A stretch of 64,000 nt of DNA from Eledone cirrhosa (taxonomy: Eukaryota), in the NCBI GenBank assembly GCA_964016885.1, contig OZ024742.1, positions 193,626,001-193,690,000 of the forward strand, in the 5' to 3' direction. The notes beneath the pieces are model-generated. The model saw nothing but the letters and a program-made list of their open reading frames with translations. It was not told the origin of the DNA and made no database searches. Shown here one piece after another: positions 26,596 through 39,279 of this stretch (within the stretch, counting starts at the first letter, position 1; each line of letters begins with the position of its first letter). Position numbers and translations under genes: made by a program.

Positions 26596-26639
<44 letters not shown>

Positions 26640-26883
26640 ACATACATATATATACTTATATATATACACACACAACATATACATGCATACACATATATAT
26701 ATATATACATATATATATACATAAATATAAATAAAAATGCATACACATACAAACATATAAATAAAAACGTGCATGTACACGCACAATAAGTACACACTCA
26801 CATAAGCACATATATATATATATACATATATATATACATACATACATATATATATAAACATACATATATATATATATACATAC

Positions 26884-27028
<145 letters not shown>

Positions 27029-27068
27029 CGACAAGTAAGTATGTTTTGAAACAGTGAGCAGGTTTGAA

Positions 27069-27277
27069 TTTAGAAAATAGAACAGCTTTCACCGTATCTT
27101 TGACTAAAGAAATATTAATCTGATAATGGGGTTTAAAACACTCAGATAAATGGAAAAAGATGAGTATTGACATGTACGTCAATACTCATCTTTTTCCATT
27201 ATCTGAGGGTTCTAAACCCCATTATCAGATTAATATTTCTTTAGTCAAAGATACGGTGAAAGCTATTCTATTTTCTA

Positions 27278-27279
<2 letters not shown>
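27069..27279. repeat. Fold-back palindrome (~103-bp arms) between (TA)n tracts
   Basis: TTAGAAAATAGAACAGCTTTCACCG...GAGTATTGAC / GTCAATACTC...CGGTGAAAGCTATTCTATTTTCTAA. Confidence 0.9.
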
Positions 27280-27322
<43 letters not shown>

Positions 27323-27505
27323 TATATATATATATATATTCATACACATACATACATACATATATACATACAAATACATTCATACACATATATACATATA
27401 CATACATACACACGGAAATAAATATCTATATATGAAAGAGGTAAATATATAAGGAGAGGAGGGAGAACCAGATTAATGTGAGTGAGTTCAGAGAGTAATA
27501 ATAAT

Positions 27506-27691
27506 TGTTTCTATTTTAGGCACAAGGCCAGTAATTAACCTGTGCATTACTGGTACTTTATTTTATCGATCCCGTAAGGATAAAAGCCAAAGTCAACCTC
27601 GGCGGGATTTGAACTCAGATCGTAAAGGGACGTAACTATGCTGGAAAGCATGGCGTCCGACCCTCTACTGGTACTACAAATCCACCGCCCT
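27506..27691 (-). mobile_element. Full-length SINE family A with 16-bp TSD
   Basis: TSD AGAGAGTAATAATAAT at 27490-27505 and 27692-27707. Confidence 0.9.
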
Positions 27692-29347
27692 AGAGAGTAA
27701 TAATAATCGTAGTGGATGTAAGGCATAATGAGTAAAGAAGAAGTTCAAAGTGGTTGAGTCATCGTAGGAATGTCAATACAGTTACAAAGTAAAATGTGAT
27801 TTCAGATGAGGACAACATCTGAAGATATCGTTCTTGAAGTTAAGGCAAGTAATAATGGGCAACATTGGTTTCTATAAAAGGTGACTACATACTTTTTGTA
27901 AATAATGTGGCACACGCAAGATATTCTGTTAAGCTAAATCGGCAATTGCTAGTTATTTGGTAATTATTTATGTAACAACCAACTAATTACACGAATTCTC
28001 TAACGTTAAATGGTATCTTTTCTCCAAAAAAATTTCAATTTTCTCGGCTATGTTGATCTAATATTTAATCGGAGCCTTCAAAAACGGTAGGCGGAATATA
28101 TCATCAAATTAGAAACGTGACTCGAATGCTTGCAACGAAATAGAATCAGCGAAATATAAGGGAGTATGAGGGGACTGTTTTAAACCAAGTAGTTTCTAAA
28201 ATGAATTACACTCAAAACTCAGAGATGGAACAAATAATCTCATACCGAATGTAAGTAGCACTTGTGTATGTTTAAATTGTAGGGCCAGACATATGATGCA
28301 TCGGATTTGAAAGAGAAATGAATTGGTGTAACTGATTGTTCTAATTTGATTAAATAATATTAACATTTACATTACAACACTCTACTGATTATGCCAATCT
28401 GCTCCCAGTTTATTTTAAAATTCGTATAATATACATATAAAAATAGATGGATGCAGTGCTAAGTAGATATACCGCATACACGTAAGAAAATAAACTATTT
28501 AATTATAGCGTATAGGATGATTAAATTCATGTGATCATTTCTGTAATTGCACATGCGCATGCAAATTAGCCTGCAAGATAATAAGCTGCTAAAAAAAGAA
28601 ATTAATCCTCTGCTCATTTGGTCGTAGTATTCGATTTCTGAAAATATATAGAGAGGCAATACAATATAAATGAGAAATAGCCATACTCTTTTGAGCAATG
28701 GGCGAAATCCTGTCGAGATAAATCCAAGGAAACATTTATGAATTCCTTCAGAGGTAACTTTACCATAATTATTATTGGATTGTCTAAGGCAAAGGTTCTC
28801 GGGGGGGGGGGGGGGGGTGTCATATGCTCCTCGAGGGGGGTTTCGGAAATCCGAGGGGGCGGGGGCATTTTGGAGTATGCGGGCGTTAAAGGGGCGTTTA
28901 AAATTCTGGGGGGCGCTAGAAGCTCCTTAGTGTGGTAAATTTTATAAGTAATATTTGTACGTCTCTTAGTCACCTAGTGTGAATGAATTTGAATGAAAAA
29001 ACGAGGGAAATAGGTAAAAAAGCTTGTCAACGAATTCCCTTGTGAGATAAAAGAAAATCAAAACAAATCAAAGAAAATGAAAATAAGGACAACTTCAACA
29101 GAAATGACAACAAAAAGAAACAATGGTGGTGAAAGGTGTGGGTGTACACATACATACGAACATACACACATACATACATACATACATACATACATACATA
29201 CATACATACATACATACATACATACATACATACATACATACATACATACATGATGGCTGCCCCTCGTTATCGAGTATGGCCATTGCACGAGGAGAAAGAA
29301 AAAAAAAGAAAGTAATGATAATAAATAATTAAAAAGAAAAAAAAAAG

Positions 29348-29424
<77 letters not shown>

Positions 29425-29494
29425 CATACATATATACACACACACACACACACATACTCACACACACATATACACACACACATACATTAATAAC

Positions 29495-29538
<44 letters not shown>

Positions 29539-29798
29539 TTTCTTTATTAACCACAAGGGTTTACATAAAGTAGACATTAAGGACAGTGCAGGACAATGCA
29601 GGACGGTACAAATGGGCATTTCTGCGTGTAAAAAAACAAAAACAGAGGATGTAACAAAAATAACAATGAAAATAACAATGAAAAATTCCCCAATAGGGGG
29701 GAGACTTCGGAGGGACATTTGTGGAGAAAGCCCAGTAAAAAGCCACAATGACCCTGACCACCAAGGCAAGTGCCCTCTCCCAGTTTTCCACCTTTAGT

Positions 29799-32700
29799 TT
29801 ACAGATATATACTCAGAGTCGGCCCATTCACTCGGGCCATTCTTGCTTCTCTCACCCATCTTTCAACAAAATGCTGGGAAGAGAGCACTTCCTTCTCTAC
29901 TCTGATTTTCCTTTTCAAATGAAATTTGAAAAAGTCAATCAGAGCATCACCGAAGAGGTAAGTGCTCGTCTTCAGCCCTTTCAAACGTGTCCACCATACT
30001 ATCTCTTTCGCCATGGCCACCAGACAGATAAAAACTGCCTGCCCATCCCGGCTAAAGGAGGAGGGCGGGGCAATCTTCACGATGGACTCAGATGATAGCT
30101 GGATCCGTCCTAAACGCGACAGCAGGTGTTCGACATAAACCCACAAGTCAGCAATTTTCGGACACTGGACGAGTGCGTGCAGGACGGTTTCGTCGCCCTG
30201 CGCGCATCTCGGACATGCCCGGCTGACGACACCTCCATGCCTGTAGAGTTTATCCCGAACTGGCAAGGCTCCTCGGTAGCACTGCCAGGCCAGAGATTTC
30301 TGGAAGTTGTCCATAGGCCCTGGCCCGAAAGTTCTTCCGAAGAGATTGGCTAGTTGATTTTCGTCGACGCCTAGAGTTTCCCCAAGTACGTCGTCGCTCT
30401 TCCCCTCCACTAATCCTCTATAGAACGCCGAGGTAGAGTTTCCACCGATCACATTGCCCGATTGGTCGAGGGCTGTGAGCGCCTGAAGACATTCCAGTCT
30501 CCAGGCGCTCCCTCTCTGTCTTCGCTTGACCCAGGACTGCAGCTCCGTCAAGGAAACGAGCTGGGGAAAAACGCGTCTAGCAAACGGCGACCACACCTGA
30601 TCACCGTCGAGGAAGAGGTGGAGATGTCGTAGCCTGAGCGCGTGCCTGCGCATCATCAGCCACGGCATGCCCAGCCCTCCACGTAGCGGGTGTTGACAAC
30701 AGATGGACCGCCTGACCATCGGAGCACGTCCCTTCCACAAAAAGCGAAAGAGCAAACGCTCCAGCGCAGTCAGGCGAGGCTTAGGACAAGGTACGACGGT
30801 TAGGCGGTAGCAGATGACAGACGCGATGTACGCGTTAGCCACCTCCGCTCGACCTTTCAGGGATAGCTTCCTCTCCGCCCATTTCTGGGTGAGAGAAGCC
30901 ACCCTGCTCGTCACCTCGTCCCAGTTTTTGTCCGTCTGGAGGTCCGGACCGAACCAGACCCCTAGCAATTTAACCGGTCCGTCCGTCCAGCGCCCGACGA
31001 CGCTGTTGGACGGCATGGACCTGCCTCTCCAGGTGCCGAGCTGCAGGCCCACTGACTTTTCCTGGTTGATCATTGCTCCTGTCACCGCTTCGTATTCTCT
31101 TAGTGTAGTGCCGATCGCCTCGATGTGTTTGGCGTTCGACACCACTACGGTGACATCGTCCGCATATGCTGACACGGATCTTCCGCATCCTAGTTCGCGC
31201 GGGACTCCCCTCAACGTCTCCAGTTTGTGCAGTAATGGCTCGAGAGTCAATACGTACAAGAGGGACGAGAGGGGACATCCTTGGCGGACCGAGCGCATGA
31301 TGTTGAACGGTTCCGACAGGTGACCGTTCACTCTCACCACAGAGCAGATGTCGCTGTGCATGGCAGCGATCCAGCCTCTGAAGACGGGCCCAAAGCCAGC
31401 CGCCCTCAGGACGGCCGCTAGGTAACGATGGTCGACCCTATCGAAAGCTTTCGACTGATCTAAATTGATCAAGGACCCACCCGTGTCTGGTTCCTTAGCA
31501 ACCCTCTCTATGATGTATCGCATGAGGTGGAGGTTGTCGTGGATGGATCTGTCGGGAATGGCGCATGTCTGCGCCTCTGCCACCAGACCACCAACGACAA
31601 GCGCCAACCTCTTTGCTAGCACCTTGGCCAAAATCTTAAACTCTGTGTTTAGCAGAGTTATGGGCCGGAAATTGTCTATGTTATCCCCCTTGTTCGGATC
31701 CTTTCTCAGCAGTGCCATCGCTCCTCGGCTCACAGAACTGGGAATTCTCCCGTTCTGTTGCCAGTTGCAGTAGACGTCCGCCAAGAGGCCTCCGAACAAG
31801 TCTGGCATCTGTACGTAAAGTTCATAGGGCAGACCATCCAAACCAGGCGATTTACCCCTTGTGCAGCCAGTCATTGCCTCCCGTACTTCAGCGGCTGTTA
31901 TCGGCTTTTCGCAACACTTCGCCTCAGTGGCCGAGAGCCGCGGCAGTCCGTCGAGGTAGACACTAAAGTCCATCCCTCTACCCGGCCCCCCGCTGCCCCC
32001 GAACAGCTGAGCGAAGTGTCGCTGAAAAGCTTCACACATTTGCCCGGGATCGAGTAGCATGCGCCCGTCGTGGTCCACCAAAGACCGGATCGTGGGTTTG
32101 TTGCCACGACGCGCCTCCGCCACTCGGGCCCATTGAACGGCTTTCGTCCCCTCGTGTCTGAGAGCACGCACCCTAGCTCTGACAACGCAGCCTTCGTGCT
32201 TTGCATTGAAGAATTGGTCAAGGGCCAATTTCGCCGCAAGCACGTCGGTCGCAATGCCTTTGCTAAGCGCCTCGTCTAATTTTCTAACTAGTTCTCCCTC
32301 TGCTCTATTTTTCTCTATTGCTAAAGCCTTACTAAACCTAATCGATTCTATTCTAATCGCTCTTTTCAGAGCAAACCACCACTTGTTGTTGACGATGGCC
32401 CCCGTCAACGCCCGCTTAACTAGTTCGCTAATCCGGTCTCTGTAGGCCTTGCGCGCTGGTAAGGACGCGTTTAGCTTCCAGTAGCCGGGTCCTCGTCTAT
32501 GAAGCCTATCTAAGTCAAGCACACAGGTCACGAATTTGTGGTCCGTGTAGCTGACTATCTTGAATTGTGGACAGCCTATGCTAGACCTATCTATTTCCCT
32601 ACAAAATACTCTATCTAGATATGATCTGGATGACCCTATGCGGTTTGTCCAAGTCCACATTGGCACATTCGGGAAATCCAATCGGTACCTGTCAGACAGT

Positions 32701-33218
32701 TCAAAACGCCTGAGCAGGTTGGTGAGGCTCTTGCACCCTCCACCCCTATCCGCTAATCCCACACAGTCCCAGCGTGCATCTAAGATCCCGTTCCAGTCGC
32801 CCACTAACACTAAAGAGCGGGACGTTCCAAGAAAGGTCTCCAGACGCCGGAAGAAATCAGGCCGCCCTGCTCCTGTCGGGGCATAGACGGCCACTAGCCT
32901 GAAAGCTTGCCCGTCTCCGCTGGTCACGTCCAGCACCACCAGCTTACCCTCTGGGTCCAGGAAGATGGCCCGTATGGCGAGATCCAAACCTCTCCGAAAA
33001 AGCACAGCAACTCCTCCACCCGATCCAGGACGGCTGGGAGATGCGTACACATCGTAGCCGCCGAAGATCGGTGCGAAGGCCCGTGCTTCGGAGATTCTGG
33101 TCTCGCTGATGGCCACTACATCTATGTTTAGTGACCTGAGGTCGTTGAGCAGGTGACCCTGCTTCCATGACGACCCCAAGCCACGCGCATTTATGCTGCC
33201 TATTCTGAGTGAGGTCAT
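29799..33218 (-). CDS. LINE ORF2: APE endonuclease, reverse transcriptase and C-terminal CCHC zinc finger (intact, 1139 aa)
   Basis: INARGL, SETR, GDWN, YLDR, TDH (APE); FRPITLLN, DQSKAFD, QGCPLS, YADD (RT); CPRC..ETVLHALVQC. Confidence 0.95.
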   Translation of the reverse strand: MTSLRIGSINARGLGSSWKQGHLLNDLRSLNIDVVAISETRISEARAFAPIFGGYDVYASPSRPGSGGGVAVLFRRGLDLAIRAIFLDPEGKLVVLDVTSGDGQAFRLVAVYAPTGAGRPDFFRRLETFLGTSRSLVLVGDWNGILDARWDCVGLADRGGGCKSLTNLLRRFELSDRYRLDFPNVPMWTWTNRIGSSRSYLDRVFCREIDRSSIGCPQFKIVSYTDHKFVTCVLDLDRLHRRGPGYWKLNASLPARKAYRDRISELVKRALTGAIVNNKWWFALKRAIRIESIRFSKALAIEKNRAEGELVRKLDEALSKGIATDVLAAKLALDQFFNAKHEGCVVRARVRALRHEGTKAVQWARVAEARRGNKPTIRSLVDHDGRMLLDPGQMCEAFQRHFAQLFGGSGGPGRGMDFSVYLDGLPRLSATEAKCCEKPITAAEVREAMTGCTRGKSPGLDGLPYELYVQMPDLFGGLLADVYCNWQQNGRIPSSVSRGAMALLRKDPNKGDNIDNFRPITLLNTEFKILAKVLAKRLALVVGGLVAEAQTCAIPDRSIHDNLHLMRYIIERVAKEPDTGGSLINLDQSKAFDRVDHRYLAAVLRAAGFGPVFRGWIAAMHSDICSVVRVNGHLSEPFNIMRSVRQGCPLSSLLYVLTLEPLLHKLETLRGVPRELGCGRSVSAYADDVTVVVSNAKHIEAIGTTLREYEAVTGAMINQEKSVGLQLGTWRGRSMPSNSVVGRWTDGPVKLLGVWFGPDLQTDKNWDEVTSRVASLTQKWAERKLSLKGRAEVANAYIASVICYRLTVVPCPKPRLTALERLLFRFLWKGRAPMVRRSICCQHPLRGGLGMPWLMMRRHALRLRHLHLFLDGDQVWSPFARRVFPQLVSLTELQSWVKRRQRGSAWRLECLQALTALDQSGNVIGGNSTSAFYRGLVEGKSDDVLGETLGVDENQLANLFGRTFGPGPMDNFQKSLAWQCYRGALPVRDKLYRHGGVVSRACPRCAQGDETVLHALVQCPKIADLWVYVEHLLSRLGRIQLSSESIVKIAPPSSFSRDGQAVFICLVAMAKEIVWWTRLKGLKTSTYLFGDALIDFFKFHLKRKIRVEKEVLSSQHFVERWVREARMARVNGPTLSIYL

Positions 33219-33253
33219 GTTTAAAATAGAGTGGAAAAGATGGGAAAGACCAC

Positions 33254-35348
33254 TTACCGTACTTTTGGTAGAGGAGGGATGGTTTTTACATCCCTTTTCA
33301 CTTGATCGTCTGGTGAAGGGACCGTTGAATCGTCCCTTCGGCTGGTCGTCGGCTCTTCTAAGAGAATGTCTGAGTATACTCTTCGATTGATGGTTCCTCC
33401 TAGGTCCCTGAAATCACCAACTGCGTTGGGGAATTTCGTTTTAATGTTTGTGTATTGTTTCTGTGCTATTTTTAGCAGTCTTATGTTAGTTGGCGTTTTG
33501 ATTGGTGCTGGTATTATGTAGTCCTGTTGTGAAATGTCTGTGTGTTCAATTATGTAAGTCATTAGTTTCTTGTTGTGTGTATTTATTGCCGTGCATTTGT
33601 TTTTCTGGGGGTGGGGTGTGGTTCTGCTATTTTCTTGTCGTTGTTGCTGGGTGTGTGTGTTTTGTTGTTGTGTTTGCGATGTTGGTGCTTGTGGTGGTGG
33701 TGTTGAAGGTGTTGTTGGCGGTGGGGTTGTCGCCGGTGGTGATGGTGGTGCTGGTGTGGGTGGTGATGGTGTTGGTGGTGTTGCTGCTGTGGGTCTCTTT
33801 GCAGTAGACTTTACCCTTTTCTCATTTCTTTCCTCCCTTTTCAAAGGCGACGATGCGCTGCTTCTGCGTTTGTGCCTTCTTGCGACCTTTTGCCATCCCT
33901 CTCCCACCTCACACTCCATGTCTGATTCTGTAAGGTCGGGGAGGGGTACCAGCTCCACTCTTTCACTTGTTGTTGTTGGTGATGTTTGCACTGGAGTCTC
34001 TGTTGCAGCTGCATTTGGTATTGCTGTTGTTGTTGTTAATATTTCCACTGCTGCTGCTGTCTTTGATTTCCGTGGAGTGGGTATGGGTGCAACGGACCTA
34101 TCGTTCCTGGTTGCCGCTTGTCCTGTTGCTGGTAGCCGTGGAGCCGGATTCGGAAGGAGGGGGGTTTTCTCCTTTCTCAGGGTCTTCTCGTTGCAGAAGG
34201 CCCTGAGGTGAGTCTTCGATCCACAGCGAAAGCATTTCGGGCGTTTGCCCTCAACACTTATGGGCAGTTGAGTGCCGTTATCGAAGTCTATCACATCCGG
34301 GATAGCTTCGATGCACTCCTGGTTGGTTTGGATTAGCATCTCAATGGAGGAGCCGACCCAATCTTCTCTTACTTTTTTCTGTACTTGCAGTACAGTTGTT
34401 TTGTCCTCGATTCCGACGAGGACAGACGCGGCCAGCCAAGAAGGGGTCATTCCGGGGGGGGACGTGGGTCAGTTTGACCCTCACAATTTTTTGCCCGCAG
34501 TAGGAGGGCACCAACACCATTTCCTCGCTCCTTAGGGTCACTACTGATTGGGCCTTTGCCTCCTGGGGTGTGGCAAAAAGTACGTCTACGGTGGCGTATT
34601 TTTTGCCTCGGGTGATGTGCGTTTTCCTCTGCCACACAGACCCCAAGGCTTTTTGTATTTGGGCCTCTGTGGCTCTTTCCACCCTACGGGATTTTGTACT
34701 TACTGTACGGTACGTGACCGTACAGTGCTCTTGGGTTTCGAAAAAATTTTTCGCTGCCTTGCAGATTGCTCGGTGTCCGTTCTTTGTCACCATCTTCTTC
34801 GCTTCCTCTAATTCCTCATTTGTTATGAGGATTGTTTCCAAGTTTTTCGCAATACCTGCAAATGAGATTGGTTTTTCTCTGCTGTTGTTGTTGTCGTCAG
34901 AGCTGCTGGTACTTTTGTTGCTACAGGTACTACGACTACTGCCTCCGCCGCTGTTGCTGTGGTTGTTGTTGGTGTTGCTGCTGCTAATGCTGTTGTTGTT
35001 TATGCTGCTGGTGATGCTGTTGCGGCTGCTACTGTTGTTTTCATTGTCACTGTTGCTGTTGTTATTACGGCTGCTACTGCTATTATTCCTGACGTCAGAC
35101 GAATGAACTGGGTTTTCGTATTTCCCGCACACCTGTTTCGTCGCTGTCGTCGTCGTCGTGGAGAAACCTTGCACGCTTTGCACGAGACTTTTCTTTTCTT
35201 TCGTCGCTTGCGAAAGAGAAGGGAGGGAGAGAGACACATTTAAAGAAGGGAGGGAGAGAGACAATCTTCTCTCTGCTGTAGTGATGATTGAGGAAGAAGA
35301 AGACGGAATGAGTGGGAGTGACGTATGAAATTTCTTTTTGGTAGCCAT
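33254..35348 (-). CDS. LINE ORF1 (gag-like zinc knuckle), split by a 1-nt insertion in a homopolymer at ~34454-34461
   Basis: CFRCGSKTHLRAFC = CX2CX4HX4C; the G8 run here is G7 in E2, which restores the frame. Confidence 0.85.
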
Positions 35349-35825
35349 GTTTTTTTGTTTAAAATGAAATTTTGGGTACAAAACCCCAATAACTGGTTAT
35401 TTAACCCCGAAGGGCCAAATAACGGACAGAAAGACCCCTCTCACGAGGAGGAGGGTGTCTTTATCAACAATTTGGTTCAAGTTTTAAACAATTTACAATT
35501 GTTTTAACGGTTAAAAATTACTATACCTTACAGAGCCGAGCCTCCGTCAACCATGGCATTCAATAATAATAATAATGATTTCTTTATTAACCACAAGGGT
35601 TTACAGAAAGTAGACATTAAGGACAGTGCAGGACAATGCAGGACGGTACAAATGGGCATTTCTGCGTGTAAAAAACAAAAACAGAGGGTTTAACAAAAAA
35701 TAACAATGAAAAATTCCCCAATAGGGGGAGACTTCGGAGGGACATTTATGGAGAAAGCCCAGTAAAAAACCACAATGACCCTGACCACCAAGGCAAGTGC
35801 CCTCTCCCAGTTTTCCACCTTTAGT

Positions 35826-38800
35826 TTACAGATATATACTCAGAGTAGGCCCATTCACTCGGGCCATTCTTGCTTCTCTCACCCATCTTTCAACAAAATG
35901 CTGGGAAGAGAGCACTTCCCTCTCTACTCTGATTTTCCTTTTCAAATTAAATTTGAAAAAGTCAATCAGAGCATCACCGAAGAGGTAATTGCTCGTCTTC
36001 AGCCCTTTCAAACGTGTCCACCATACTATCTCTTTCGCCATGGCCACCAGACAGATAAAACTGCCTGCCCTTCCCAGCTAAAGGAGGAGGGCGGGGCAAT
36101 CCTCACGATGGACTCAGATGATAGCCGGATCCGTCCTAAACGCGACAGCAGGTGTTCGACATAAACCCACAAGTCAGCAATTTTCGGACACTGGACGAGT
36201 GCGTGCAGGACGGTTTCGTCGCCCTGCGCGCATCTCCGACATGCCCGGCTGACGGCACCTCCATGCCTGTAGAATTTATCCCGAACTGGCAAGGCTCCTC
36301 GGTAGCACTGCCAGGCCAGAGATTTCTGGAAGTTGTCCTTAGGCCCCGGCCCGAAAGTTCTTCCGAAGAGATTGGCTAGTTGATTTTCGTCGACGCCTAG
36401 AGTTTCCCCAAGTACGTCGTCGCTCTTACCCTCCACTAATCCCCTATAGAACGCCGAGGTGGAGTTTCCACCGATCACATTGCCCGATTGGTCGAGGGCT
36501 GTGAGCGCCTGAAGACATTCCAGTCTCCAAGCGCTCCCTCTCGGTCTTTGCTTGACCCAGGACTGCAGCTCCGTCAAGGAGACGAGCAGGGGAAAGACGC
36601 ATCTAGAAAACGGCGACCACACCTGATCACCGTCGAGGAAGAGGTGGAGATGTTGTAGCCTGAAGTGTGTCTGCGTAACATCAGCCACGGTAATCCCAGC
36701 CCTCCACGTAGCGGGTGTTGACAGCAGATGGACCGCCTGACCATCGGAGCGCGTCCCTTCTACAAAATGCCAAACAGCAAACGCTCCAGCGCAGTCAGGC
36801 GGGGGCTTAGGACAATGTACGTCGGTCAGGCAGTAGTAGATGACGGACGCGATATAGGCGTTAGCCACCTCCGCTCGACATTTCAGGGATAGTTTCCTCT
36901 CGGCCCATTTCTGGGTGAGAGAAGCCACCCTGCTCGTCACCTCGTCCCAGTTTTTGTCCGTCTGGAGGTCCGGACCGAACCAGACCCCTAGCAATTTAAC
37001 CGGTCCGTCCGTCCAGCGCCCGACGACGCTGTTGGACGGCATGGACCTGCCTCTCCAGGTGCCGAGCTGCAGGCCCACTGACTTTTCCTGGTTGATCATT
37101 GCTCCTGTCACCGCTTCGTATTCTCTTAGTGTAGTGCCGATCGCCTCGATGTGTTTGGCGTTCGACACCACTACGGTGACATCGTCCGCATATGCTGACA
37201 CGGATCTTCCGCATCCTAGTTCGCGCGGGACTCCCCTCAACGTCTCCAGTTTGTGCAGTAATGGCTCGAGAGTCAATACGTACAAGAGGGACGAGAGGGG
37301 ACATCCTTGGCGGACCGAGCGCATGATGTTGAACGGTTCCGACAGGTGACCGTTCACTCTCACCACAGAGCAGATGTCGCTGTGCATGGCAGCGATCCAG
37401 CCTCTGAAGACGGGCCCAAAGCCAGCCGCCCTCAGGACGGCCGCTAGGTAACGATGGTCGACCCTATCGAAAGCTTTCGACTGATCTAAATTGATCAAGG
37501 ACCCACCCGTGTCAGGTTCCTTAGCAACCCTCTCTATGATGTATCGCATGAGGTGGAGGTTGTCGTGGATGGATCTGTCGGGAATGGCGCATGTCTGCGC
37601 CTCTGCCACCAGACCACCAACGACAAGCGCCAACCTCTTTGCTAGCACCTTGGCCAAAATCTTGAACTCTGTGTTTAGCAGAGTTATGGGCCGGAAATTG
37701 TCTATGCTATCCCCCTTGTTCGGATCCTTTCTCAGCAGTGCCACCGCTCCTCGGCTCACAGAACTGGGAATTCTCCCGTTCTGTTGCCAGTTGCAGTAGA
37801 CGTCCGCCAAGAGGCCTCCAAACAAGTCTGGCATCTGTACGTAAAGTTCATAGGGCAGACGATCCAAACCAGGCGATTTACCCCTTGTGCAGCCAGTCAT
37901 TGCCTCCCTTACTTCAGCGGCTGTTATCGGCTTTTCGCAACACTTCGCCTCAGTGGCCGAGAGCCGCGGCAGTCCGTCGAGGTAGACACTAAAGTCCATC
38001 CCTCTACCCGGCCCACCGCTGCCCCCGAACAGCTGAGCGAAGTGTCGCTGAAAAGCTTCACACATTTGCCCGGGATCGAGTAGCATGCGCCCGTCGTGGT
38101 CCACCAAAGACCGGATCGTGGCTTTGTTGCCACGACGCGCCTCCGCCAATCGGGCCCATTGAACGGCTTTCGTCCCCTCGTGTCTGAGAGCACGCACCCT
38201 AGCTCTGACAACGCAGCCTTCGTGCTTTGCATTGAAGAATTGGTCAAGGGCCAATTTCGCCGCAAGCACGTCGGTCGCAATGCCTTTGCTAAGCGCCTCG
38301 TCTAATTTTCTAACTAGTTCTCCCTCTGCTCTATTTTTCTCTATTGCTAAAGCCTTACTAAACCTAATCGATTCTATTCTAATCGCTCTTTTCAGAGCAA
38401 ACCACCACTTGTTGTTGACGATGGCCCCCGTCAACGCCCGCTTAACTAGTTCGCTAATCCGGTCTCTGTAGGCCTTGCGCGCTGGTAAGGACGCGTTTAG
38501 CTTCCAGTAGCCGGGTCCTCGTCTATGAAGCCTATCTAAGTCAAGCACACAGGTCACGAATTTGTGGTCCGTGTAGCTGACTATCTTGAATTGTGGACAG
38601 CCTATGCTAGACCTATCTATTTCCCTACAAAATACTCTATCTAGATATGATCTGGATGACCCTATGCGGTTTGTCCAAGTCCACATTGGCACATTCGGGA
38701 AATCCAATCGGTACCTGTCAGACAGTTCAAAACGCCTGAGCAGGTTGGTGAGGCTCTTGCACCATCCACCCCTATCCGCTAATCCCACACAGTCCCAGCG

Positions 38801-39244
38801 TGCATCTAAGATCCCGTTCCAGTCGCCCACTAACACTAAAGAGCGGGACGTTCCAAGAAAGGTCTCCAGACGCCGGAAGAAATCAGGCCGCCCTGCTCCT
38901 ATCGGGGCATAGACGGCCACTAGCCTGAAAGCTTGCCCGTCTCTGCTGGTCACGTCCAGCACCACCAGCTTACCCTCTGGGTCCAGGAAGATGGCCCGTA
39001 TGGCGAGATCCAAACCTCTCCGAAAAAGCACAGCAACTCCTCCACCCGATCCAGGACGGCTGGGAGATGCGTACACATCGTAGCCGCCGAAGATCGGTGC
39101 GAAGGCCCGTGCTTCGGAGATTCTGGTCTCGCTGATGGCCACTACATCTATGTTTAGTGACCTGAGGTCGTTGAGCAGGTGACCCTGCTTCCATGACGAC
39201 CCCAAGCCACGCGCATTTATGCTGCCTATTCTGAGTGAGGTCAT
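35826..39244 (-). pseudogene. E2 ORF2 with frameshifts in the 3' part
   Basis: Compensating frameshift pair at ~36660-36805 and a 1-nt loss near 36060 relative to E1. Confidence 0.85.
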
Positions 39245-39279
39245 GTTTAAAATAGAGTGGAAAAGATGGGAAAGACCAC

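Larger units (their letters stand above)
29537..35561 (-). mobile_element. Full-length Tx1/L1-clade LINE, copy E1 (~6.0 kb)
   Basis: 5' end GAATGCCATGGTTGAC; ORF1 and ORF2; AATAAA followed by GAAATC and an (ATT)n tail at 29495-29536. Confidence 0.92.

Noticed and set aside
28790-28925. G-rich tract as a functional G-quadruplex or regulatory site
   Set aside because: Nothing beyond G-runs; likely part of a decayed repeat.
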